Part shown: positions 53,958-64,000 of the stretch, in pieces | Layout of the letters: the number at the start of each line of letters is the position of its first letter | Numbering within the stretch: the stretch's first letter is position 1 | Notes under the pieces: generated by a model | Database searches by the model: none | What the model saw: the letters and a program-made list of their open reading frames with translations, nothing else | What the model was told of the DNA's origin: nothing | Program-made: the position numbers and the translations under genes | Origin: Octopus sinensis | Lineage: Eukaryota | Assembly: GCF_006345805.1 (NCBI RefSeq) | Contig: NC_042998.1 | Location: forward strand, 161,014,001 to 161,078,000 | DNA: 64,000 bases | Reading direction: 5' to 3'

Positions 53958-55260
53958 TTTGTTTATTCTTTCTATAAAAAAACTATTTGTTATGAAGCAA
54001 CATACAAATAACCGCTAAGTTGCTTTAACTATAAGTTAATTTCTAAATGTGTAAATATGATTTTAGACCATCTAAAATATCTGAATAACACTAGGATTTA
54101 GAATAAATATGAATATCTTGATAATAAAGGGAAAGACATAATATTTTAAAGCATCATCAAAAAGTAATTTTAAACAAATCTTTATTATATGAAATTGTTA
54201 TTTTTTTAGCCTCTTTCTCAACAAATTGTTTTAACACACATACTGTATAAGCAAGAACAACTCTCACTGATTCCTCATTTAATGACAAATATTGCTGAAA
54301 CTATGATGTTAGGACATGAATTAACGAATTCATAATCTATATATTCTCGCCAGGTTTCCATAGACTGTATTCTCAATTCTCCAATTTAGCATTCCTAAGA
54401 GCTCAGGAAATGAAAGGACAATCAGTCGACTAGCTCTTATTGATGAGAGAGCTCGGTGGTAAGAGGCAACACAAATATGAGGACTGATTGGAAATTTAAT
54501 TATAGGAAATAAAAGGGTATTTTGCAAACATTACCAGCAGCAATAACGGGATTACGATGGCATCCTGTCAAGCTGCTGTCGAAAGATGTTACTGTGAACA
54601 GCCAATCAGAGTTATCAGTTTATAAGGTAGAGGGTGGAGAAGTAATGCATTACTTTCTGGTGGTTTTGGAGGAAGGTGGGGAGAATCTATTGCATGGTAT
54701 TTTTAGATAAAAATTAGGTCCATCTCCATGAAATAATAATATAATTTTTATATCTATCGCAAAACCTTCTGAAAAAATGACTCATATATATTTTTTTTGA
54801 ACACATTTATTTAGCAAGTGTAAAAATTAGAACACATAAAGAATATGTTATTTTATTTTGTTTTCTTTGAACAAACAAATGGAAGCTATTTCTGTTGTTG
54901 ATTGATATTTTCACTGCCAAAAATCACTATATCACATTTTCCACATTAGCTTGCTAAACAAATTTACTGACCATTATAAATCTATTGGACACAGTAAATT
55001 CTTTGACAATATATAATAAATCCTATATAATCAATGTATCCTTTTTATATCAATAAAATATAATATAATAGATATTTGTATTCATTAGAAGTGTTTGAAT
55101 GCCATAAAAGATGAGGTAAAACTAAAATTAAAAGAACGAGCAGTTTAGTTTTTGCATGAACTATGAATAAAAAAAAACAAAAGAACAGTATATATACTTA
55201 TGTGTGCATATGTAAGAATGTATTTATTAGCTGTATCAGTGAACACACACATGTATGTCA

Positions 55261-55292
<32 letters not shown>

Positions 55293-55501
55293 ATTGCTAT
55301 TTATTTTAACCAGTTTTAATTTTTTCACATAAAAACATTTAAAGGGAGACTTTGGTAAGTCGCAATTAACTGTAAGCTCACAATTAACTGTAAGAAAAAA
55401 AAATAGTCTGGTGGTTAAAAGAAGGCAGTGAGATGCAGTAGTATATTCAACAGATAAATGAGAAACTGAATAAATAAATAGATTAATAATAATAATAATA
55501 A

Positions 55502-55697
55502 TTTCGAATTTTGACACAATGCCAGCATTTTTGGAGGAGGAGATAAATTAACCCAAGTGGTCAACTGGTATTTATTTTATCGACCCTGGAAGGATGAAAG
55601 GCAAAGTCAACCTTGGTGGAATTTTAACTCAGAATAGACAAAATGCCACTAAGCATTTGGCTTGGCATGCTAATGATTCTGCCAGCTCTCAACCTTA
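55502..55697 (-). mobile_element. SINE type 2, first of a tandem pair
   Basis: ctggtatttattttatcgaccctggaaggatgaaaggcaaagtcaacc...ggcatgctaatgattctgccagc...cctta, flanked by (AAT)n. Confidence 0.85.
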
Positions 55698-55706
55698 ATA
55701 ATAATG

Positions 55707-55920
55707 GTTTCAAATTTTGGCTCAAGGCCAGCAAATTCAGAGAAGGGGGCAGGTCGATTACATCAACCCCAGTGTTCTGCTGGTACTTATTTTAACAACT
55801 ATGAAAGGATGAAAAGCAAAGTCGACATCATCAGAATTTGAAATCAGAATGTAAAGCAGGAAGAAATGCTGCAAAGCATATTGTCCAGCGTGCTAACAAT
55901 TCCATCAGCTTGCCACCTTA
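55707..55920 (-). mobile_element. SINE type 2, second of a tandem pair
   Basis: Same family and orientation, separated from the first by ataataat and followed by (AAT)n. Confidence 0.85.
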
Positions 55921-57209
55921 ATAATAATAATGATGACAATAAGAGTAATTTGCCACACAAACATGTGACATAATACAGCCTTAATTGTTAAAATCTATTT
56001 TAAATTCTATAAATTCTATAAAAAGGCATGGATCTTTTCTACCCTAAACAATACTAAAGAGCCAAAAATCCATGTATTATATTGATTATATCATTACCAA
56101 AGGAGAGGTATTCATAAAATATAACATGTATTTGTAGGTTTGTTAAAGCAAATATATCTTTTTTCTAACTCCTCCTGCTACTTAAGATTACAGTCTTCAA
56201 TTATGTGTCACATTTCTCATTGCTGCTAACAACAATCAAATGGGCACAGCGTCCCTCCCTTCCCAAATGGAAATTTGCATGTAAGTCTAACTTACGAAAC
56301 AATGCAATCAAGAATTAAAGTAAAAACAATTGCAAGCTGTTTCACTTTGAAGGGGTTCATATAAAATTATATAAGCCACTTTGTTTAAACATTATAATTA
56401 TGATGCATTAAAAATTCTAATATATTTTCAAACAAAACTCCAATGTAAGAAGTAACAGTTTTTAATATATTGTCTAATGAAATCCTAAACCATATGGAAA
56501 ATAGTATTCATTAATTGAATTCACCTAACTTTCTACACTTTCCTTCAATTATTAAGAAGTAATTGTAATAGGATAGTGATTTCATCTACAGTAGTGTACA
56601 TAAATGAGTACAAAATAAAATTTAAAATAATATTCGTAAATATTGTGAGAAACAGGTCAAATATTTTTGAAAGTTTGGTTCCAACCCAATCAAAAGAAAT
56701 ATATTTTTCTTAATGATTTTCTGACCACCTCACCACCAAAACTATAAAAAATAAAAACAAAGTTTGTTCATTCATCACAAACCATAGTGCATCATAGACT
56801 GAAGATATTAGTCTTTAAAACGGCTTATAACTTCACAAATGCTTTGTGAGGGGTATTATGTATGTATTCCCATGAAGCCAAAAAGAAGAGAGAGAAAGTA
56901 GAAGTATAGATTAAGAGACTAGTAAAACAATGTGAAACAGTTCATGTGAGAAAGGTTTAAGATAGAGAGATTAAGTAGTTCGTTTCTGAATGAAAGTTCT
57001 ATGCAGAAAACTTTTGGCATCTTTCAAATATAGATGATAGATTGATTTAAAAAGACAAGGAGTAAATTATTGATAAAACTAAAGACATAAACAGTCATAT
57101 TGGAATTGATTGCCATTTTCCATGCACAATAACAAATAGAAGTTTTATATACATTTAAACAACCCAATACGAAGTGAGCCAACAATGAGGTCCAAAAGTG
57201 GTTGCTTAA

Positions 57210-57290
57210 CTAGCAAAAAAATAGCAGTCAAATTTCCTACAAATCTCAGCCTGCCATCTTAAGAAAATAAGTACATGTTAGATAGTGAAG
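57210..57290 (-). repeat. dispersed repeat fragment, copy 3
   Basis: aaatagcagtcaaatttcctacaaat is the reverse complement of the motif at 6159-6186. Confidence 0.5.
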
Positions 57291-57319
57291 TGTGCGAGCC
57301 AAAGTATTAGTAGTTAGAA

Positions 57320-57323
<4 letters not shown>

Positions 57324-57358
<35 letters not shown>
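57324..57358. repeat. (GA)n microsatellite
   Basis: Read directly from the sequence. Confidence 0.95.
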
Positions 57359-57361
<3 letters not shown>

Positions 57362-59173
57362 AATCTGGCAAGCGTAGCTAGAGTACCAGTTTCAAGATAT
57401 ACAACAGATGTATGATGACTATGATGAGATTTTTTGTACCACATGGATAAACCTTTGTGAAAAGAAATGGAGGAGTACAACAACTATTTCAACTTAGAGC
57501 AGGATTACAACAAACTGAAAATTTCTTTTAAGTGCTGATTTACATTGTTTAGTAATTAGTTTCTTTTCTAATGAAAATAGATAATATCCTAAATACATCG
57601 TCAATAATTTGGATGTGTACTTTATGTGGTTTTCAAGTTTTTATTGGACTCCAATTTTTTTTACTTTATTTTTATTCATTTAGATATGAAAAAAGAAGAC
57701 AAAAAAAAGGAACAGAATAGTCAAAATCGTTATATTAAGCAACTATAAAATATTAAACTGTTCATAATTTTATAAATTTTTATCAATTGAAGAAAACTAA
57801 ATATCACAAATTAGGTAATTTGACAAACATAAAAAGTCAGTCGACTATAAAATGTTTTAAAGCTTCTAATATTTGTCCAAATGTTAAAGAGGAAGGAAGA
57901 GAGAGAGAGTGAAACCATTCATGTATTTAAAAGCTAAATTTATCTTTTTATTGATACTTTGTTATTACACAAAGATAATCATAAGCTTGCTTGAAACGAT
58001 CATGCAGTCCATAATTGGCTGAGAGTGATTTTCTTTTCTTAAAATAATATTTTTTATTGTTAAAAGCCCTTAGAAATGGGAATGTTTTGTCATGTATCAT
58101 TCCCATGAAACTATCACCTGAAGAGGTCACAATTCATGAGATGAATTTGGTTCCCAAGCAAATCACGATGTTGGTGAAAGAATAACTGTGAGCTCTTTTT
58201 CATACGACACATTTATCATGCTTTGCATTATGTACAGATAATAGATGAATAACTTTTGTAGCAAATGTTTAACAATCCATGGGCTAAGGGATAATTTGCA
58301 TATGATATAAGTTCAACAGAAAATGTAAAAGAAACCATTAAAAAAGGGACAGATAAAATATGCCACAGATAATCAGAAATATTTCAAATAAACACTATCT
58401 TCCTCAAATTCATTTTAGATATCTTAAATGGTTATATATATATATTAGTATTTAGTATAAATATCAATTATTCATTCGCTTATGTAGGATATTATTATTT
58501 ACAAAACTGCTTGCTTTTTTTAGTTTTGCTAAATTTGTGACAGAAATGACAATTTTCATTAAGATGTCATTATTGCCAAAATAAGAATAATTAGCTTTGT
58601 TTGGTGGGTTAAAGATGAAGAAACTTTGACAAATATCAACACAAGATTTATTTGTTTGTTTCATTAAATAAATAAGACACAATGGAACAGATTATAGACA
58701 AAATAATTAGATTTGAGGCAATAAATTAATCTTTAATATAAACAGAATGAGCTACAACTAAATCTGTTATCTTCACCAAATAATGAACACTTTTACTTGT
58801 GTCATTTTAGCTTTATATAAATGATTGAAATTCACTGGCATAATTGGCATGGTAAATTATTTGAAAACATATAAAGCTTACAATTTGTTGAATAAAAGAT
58901 AATTTTTAAATGACAAAATTCTCATAATCAAAAATGCATGGCCATTTCCCAATGCAGTTTTACTGTAATGGTGTCTTGCAGTGTTTTTTTTTTTAAATAG
59001 ATATCTCCTGGTGGGAATTAAAAATCTGTTGTCCATAGGAATGGGAAAGGGACGGTGTGGCATTTTATACTTTTACTAGAGTGATATAAGAACAGCAGAG
59101 TTATTAAAATTAGGAATTAAAGTTACTTCCTATTTTATAGTACTTGTAAATATGGCCAAAATTAATGTTAACA

Positions 59174-59193
59174 CTGCTGCTACTACTACAATA

Positions 59194-59233
<40 letters not shown>

Positions 59234-59346
59234 ATAATAATAATAATAATAATAACAACAACAATAATAATAATAATAAGAAGAAGAAGAAGAAGAACAA
59301 CAACAACAACAAGAACAACAACAACAAGAACAACAACAACAACAAT
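59174..59346. repeat. compound trinucleotide microsatellite (GCT)(ACT)n(AAT)n(AAC)n(AAT)n(AAG)n(AAC)n
   Basis: Read directly from the sequence; the blocks share a single trinucleotide register. Confidence 0.95.
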
Positions 59347-59347
59347 T

Positions 59348-60060
59348 GACTTAGAAACAGAAGTAATTATACATGTGGCACAAGAGCAAGCATTGAAGAC
59401 AAACTATCTGAAGAGCAGAATTGATAAAACAACTGAGAGTGTGAAATGCAGAATGTGTAATGAGATGAGCGAAACAGTGTGACACATTACTAGTGAATAC
59501 CCCAAACTGGAACAATGTGAATACAAAAGGCAACATGACAATGAGGCAAGAATGATCCATTGAGAGGTTTGTGGAAATGATGGCCAAGAATGATCAAAGA
59601 CGTGGTATGACCAAATCCTAGAAGGAATTACTGAGAAAGAGGATTTCAAAATCCAGTGGGATGCAATGTTTCAGTGTGACCATCAGATTAAACATCAGAA
59701 ACCTGACAATGCTGTAGTGAATAGAAAAGAAAAAAACATGCCTGATAATTAACAAAGCATGTCCTGGTGACAACAGGATGGAAGAGGAAGTGAGCAACTA
59801 TGATAAACAGAAGTGAGAAATACACAGGTTGTGGGTAATGAAAAAAGTGGATGCGATACGAATAGTGATTGGTGCTCAAATACTAACGTGACTCAAAAAC
59901 ATTGGAGCAAATACGAAGATAAAACACCAATAAAAATCATCATTGCATGGAACTGCAAGAGTTCTCCACAGGGTTCTTGAAGCATGATTAGTAAACAAGT
60001 GTCCCCTTAGTCTGCTGGCTGTGGACAGCTGACACTTTCCATCATACCCAGCAAAATAAA
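59348..60060 (+). mobile_element. R4/Dong-like non-LTR retrotransposon 3' fragment (zinc knuckle plus restriction-like endonuclease), pseudogenised
   Basis: Translates to AQEQALKTNYLKSRIDKT...KCRMCNEMSETV*HITSEYPKL...YKRQHD, then KIQWD...DHQIKHQKPD (PD motif) and terminal LHGTARVLHRVLEA*. These are hallmark motifs of RLE-bearing R4-clade ORFs, with stops and frameshifts. Confidence 0.85.
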
Positions 60061-60083
60061 GCTAAAATTTTTATGACTTAGTA

Positions 60084-60291
60084 ATCCTTTCTACTATAGG
60101 CACAAGGCCTGTAACTTGCGGGGAGTGGGTAAGTCGATCACGTTGACCCCAGAACTTGACTAGTACTTAACCCCGAAAGGATGAAAGGCAAAGTTGACCT
60201 CGGCGGAATTTGAACTCAGAATGTAAAGACGGGTGAAATACCACTAAGCATTTTGCCCAGCATCCTAACCATTCTGCAAGCTTGCCACCTT
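60084..60291 (-). mobile_element. SINE type 2
   Basis: ggcacaaggcctg...ccccgaaaggatgaaaggcaaagttgacctcggcggaatttgaactcagaatgtaaag...cttgccacct. Confidence 0.9.
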
Positions 60292-60367
60292 TTTTCATGA
60301 TATAATAATAACAACAATAATAATTTCAAACAGCAACACAACCTACTACGACTAATAATAAATAACT

Positions 60368-60587
60368 GCTTCTAAGGCACAAAGCCTGAATTTTTGTGGG
60401 AGTGGATTGATGGGTGGATGATCAGTCAATTTTATTCACCCCAGTTCCTGATTAATACTATATTTTGTTAACTCCAGAGGGATAAAAGTGGAAGTTGAAC
60501 TTGGCAGAATTTGAACTTTAAATATAAAGAGTCATAATACTGCAAGATATTTGTCTGACTCTAGCTACTCTCCCAATGCACCACCTT
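60368..60587 (-). mobile_element. SINE type 2, older copy, tandem to the previous one
   Basis: Decayed homolog in the same orientation, separated from the first by an AAT/AAC-rich spacer. Confidence 0.7.
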
Positions 60588-61489
60588 CACTATTACTATA
60601 CGTCCAAGATGATTGATTTCTCATCATATCTCTGGTGAGAAATTGATAAGCTTGGACCAATCAGTTTCAAAATCATTGTGCAATCATTTGATGCTCTGCA
60701 TTCAAATAAATATTTTATTGCACATATAATCAAATATATTGAGTCCTTCTTTGCATAAATGATCTCCTTAATCTCCTGATTAAGGTAATCGTATTATCAA
60801 CATACACACACACACACACACACACACAAGCATGCACATACACAAATACATAACATATATGTATGTATACATGTGTCACATTACCAGTTTATAAAGCTTA
60901 TCATTTAAATAAATGTACTGGACACTGGTTGAAAACAATCACATAACAACAGTTCCTTTCCAAATCATATATCGGAAATAAATCAAGTCAGTGTTCTCTA
61001 AGACTTAAGTAGCATTTTGTCAATAAAATATTATCATTTTACATGCTTGCATTCAAGAAATTGATTGTAAGCAATTTACTTAATCTTACAATAAATAAAT
61101 GAATATTAAATAAGGAAAGATCAAATAAGAATTAAGTATTTAAATTGTATTTCCAACATGCAGATACATTTTTTTGAGCAAGTAAATGACAATTGAAGAA
61201 AATTAGGAATAATTTTCAGATTGACTGATTAAAATTTTGGGACACTTTCACTAATGACAAATCAGTTTACTTTAAGTAATTAAGAAAGATGGAAATGATG
61301 CACTAAAATTAGGCAATTAATTTTATTCTAAAAGATTAATCCATAATTACATTAATACTTAAACAATACTTTAACATTTAGAGATTTTATGCTTATATGT
61401 GAATGTATGTGTGTTACATTCTGTGCAGTATATGCATGAAAAGTGCATGTTGTATTCACCAAATATAGGTTAATTTTAATATGTCTGTA

Positions 61490-61895
61490 AAATGGGAAGA
61501 CTGAATGGAATATGTTTAAGAAAAAGTAATGTTGTATAATAGTGTAACACAGGTGATGGTGAAGTTTGGCACAGGCTGATTGAGAAAGGGTTGAGCATGA
61601 TCCATTGGATGTGCAACATGTAATGGTGTGAAGAAGTTAAATGTGAACAAGAGAGGATGATTGGATTGCTGTCTGATTTTAATAGACAGCATGAGATAAG
61701 TGAAGAGAGTAAATAGATTGTAGAAGGAACCTTTAATAAAGGTAGATCAAAAACCAAATCAGTGTGGGGTGGGGTGGGGGTAAATAGAGAAGTCATATCT
61801 GAGAATAGTAACACTAGGGATATGATCAACATGAATGAATATGTGTTGAAGGAACTTCAACCCAAAGCAGTGTGAAACAAAAGATGATGATGATG
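61490..61895 (+). mobile_element. old RTE 3' remnant
   Basis: agcatgatccattggatgtgcaacatg = SMIHWMCNM (compare SMIR.MCNV at 22650), and it ends in gatgatgatgat like the other RTE tails. Confidence 0.55.
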
Positions 61896-62209
61896 ATAAT
61901 GTATAATGATTGTAACCTTGACAATATGGATGATGTTGATTTCAAATAAGAATATCCTTTAAATGTACAGTTAAATCTTTGTGAAATCTAGTTCCTTGAT
62001 ATCATTTAAATTAATATATTAAAATAATTGAAATAAACTGAGACTTATGTATAATAAGAAAAAGTTTTTCACATGTTGACTTATCATCATTGCCAAACTG
62101 CATTGCTTATGGAAGTAACCAGTAGAACCCTATATATCAATACTGATCTAGAAATCAAATAAAATTTCAAACTAATATTTTAGTAGAAGGAGGCTATAGT
62201 AAATAAAAT

Positions 62210-62360
62210 GATCCCAGTTTCTTATTGCTACTTATTTCATTGGATACAACCAGCTAAAAGATAAAATTGACACCAGAGAGATTTGAAGTGAAAGATTTAA
62301 GATTAAATATTGTAAGGCAGTTGCTCTGTTGCTTTATCCAACTCAATGCATTTATGAGAC
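62210..62360 (-). mobile_element. strongly decayed type 2 SINE remnant
   Basis: gatcccagttt...tacttatttcattg...aaaagataaaattgacaccagagagatttgaag. Confidence 0.4.
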
Positions 62361-63346
62361 TAATATTGAATGATGAAATAATCAAGTAGGAAATAAATAA
62401 TGGAAGACAGTGGAAAAAAAGCCATGGGAGAAGGATAAGCAAACAGGATGAGAGGGAGAAAGAGAGAGAGAGAGAGAGAGCTATGGATCTTTGTGATATT
62501 TGTGTAATGCTAAAGGATATAACTAATTGCTGTTTTGTTAGAAATGATTTGAGAAAAAGGAAATGATTTGAGAAAAAGTATACAATATAAACACTTTAGT
62601 AAATTTGGTTTTTACATATATTTGTGTGTACATATGTATGTAATCAGAATACTGAAAATATCATCTATAGTAATTAAAGCAATAATTAATTTTGTTTTTA
62701 AGAGATGTTTCTGATATATATCTTGAATTAATGAATAATCCTCAATGTTTTCCATTGTAAAATTATATCAAGCATTTCAAATATTAAAATAAAATGCACA
62801 ACAGTAATTTATTAAAATATTATCTTAAAACAAGTCTAAAATAGCCTTCTTCTTGCTGCATTATAGTAATACAATGGTGATATATATCTTATCCCTCTGA
62901 TTCAGTCTGGTAATATAGATATTAATTGAAATACTTTGCCTCAAAACACTAGTCTCTTGGTAATGGATGACATGCATGTATGTGTGTGTATATAAATACA
63001 CATAAACACACATATGTACAAATACATGTGTGTGTATGATAGATAATGGGTATATAGATAATATACATACACAGAGGTTGTTTTGTTGATGTCAGTTTTC
63101 AAAAATTTAGATCTCTATATTTTAATTTAAGGTTATTGAAAAAGAATACAAGATTCACTACCTTAAGAGGAAAATTCATGGTGACAGGCAGATATTTTCT
63201 TCATCACATAATCTGATATATAAAAGTACTATCTAAAACAATAGATAAATAAATACCTAGTGGAAACCTTTAATCAGTAATGAGAATATATCTGGGTTCC
63301 TGAGAATTATCCAGATTGACATAAAGACAGCCCACTTTGAAAAATG

Positions 63347-63378
63347 GTGACAGTAATCTTGTCAAAGATTACTGTCAC
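63347..63378. other. perfect 14-bp inverted repeat (hairpin, 4-nt loop)
   Basis: gtgacagtaatctt-gtca-aagattactgtcac. Confidence 0.95.
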
Positions 63379-63635
63379 TTTAGTTTGATTATTTCTCAGA
63401 GTCAACTTTAAAGATATAATAACAGCAAAAGTCCTCAGTACGGGTGGTCTTTGTTGACATAATGCCACTAATTAGCAGTAAAACAAAACAATAAAATTAA
63501 ATGAAAACATATCTAGAGGCATTGCCATAGAGGGGAGGATTTCTTTATGCTGAACAAGATAACTAATCAAAAGATTTTTTTATGCATTTAAAAACATCAT
63601 CTGTAATGGATACTATCAATAAAGACCCTACTTCC

Positions 63636-63663
63636 TAAGTCACATGGATTTGCATGTGACTTA
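63636..63663. other. perfect 11-bp inverted repeat (hairpin, 6-nt loop)
   Basis: taagtcacatg-gatttg-catgtgactta. Confidence 0.95.
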
Positions 63664-64000
63664 AACACTTTTAGAAAAAAAGGTCTCCAATTATAAATAA
63701 CATAAATATTTAATAATGCAAAAGATTGATTTGTCTTTAAATAAGGGATTGATAGACCATTTATGCTTGATTGGTTTTCTTTGAAAATTATAGCAGTAAA
63801 GAAAAAAAGAAAAAAATCAAATATAAAAGCAAGTAATAGAGTGATATGCTTTTTATCAAGACAATCATAATTTGACAACAATTTTGAAATCAACAGCATA
63901 TCAATGGTGAGTTTATTTGAAGCCCTAACCTTATATGTGTCATACAAATTGGTGAAAAACAAAATTTAAATATTGATCATTTAAAATTATAACTTACAAG

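Noticed and set aside
59001-59080. Plus-strand frame YLLVGIKNLLSIGMGKGR after a T-rich acceptor
   Set aside because: It is short, the donor is weak and there is no supporting context.
61785-61800. GGGG runs as a possible G-quadruplex
   Set aside because: There are only three G-tracts, inside a decayed RTE remnant.
1-64000. CRISPR arrays, prokaryotic operons or defence systems, rRNA, intact tRNA genes, telomeric arrays
   Set aside because: There are no repeat-spacer arrays or dense long ORFs, and all tRNA-like sequences are degenerate SINE heads. The DNA is eukaryotic and essentially non-coding.

Overview
This is AT-rich eukaryotic intronic or intergenic DNA with many microsatellites. The SINE and LINE sequences look like the repeat families of an octopus (coleoid cephalopod); that assignment comes from recall, not a database search. 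No host gene can be recognised. Most ORFs in the supplied track are microsatellite artefacts or transposon remnants, and a few splice-flanked open segments are only weak exon candidates. There are no prokaryotic systems, CRISPR arrays or rRNA genes. The supportable content is mobile DNA: at least four tRNA-derived SINE types (about a dozen copies), RTE-clade LINE fragments of several ages, an R4/Dong-like LINE 3' fragment, a decayed mariner transposase and a probable TTAA-flanked MITE. The best observation is a young, GC-rich RTE insertion at 39.6-40.4 kb inside a (TA)n tract. Its 5' part is inverted with the geometry predicted by twin priming. Also notable are a SINE head fused to an RTE 3' end (21.95-22.94 kb), repeated association of RTE ends with (TA)n and of one SINE family with (AAT)n, and a SINE that split only one unit of a tandem duplication.
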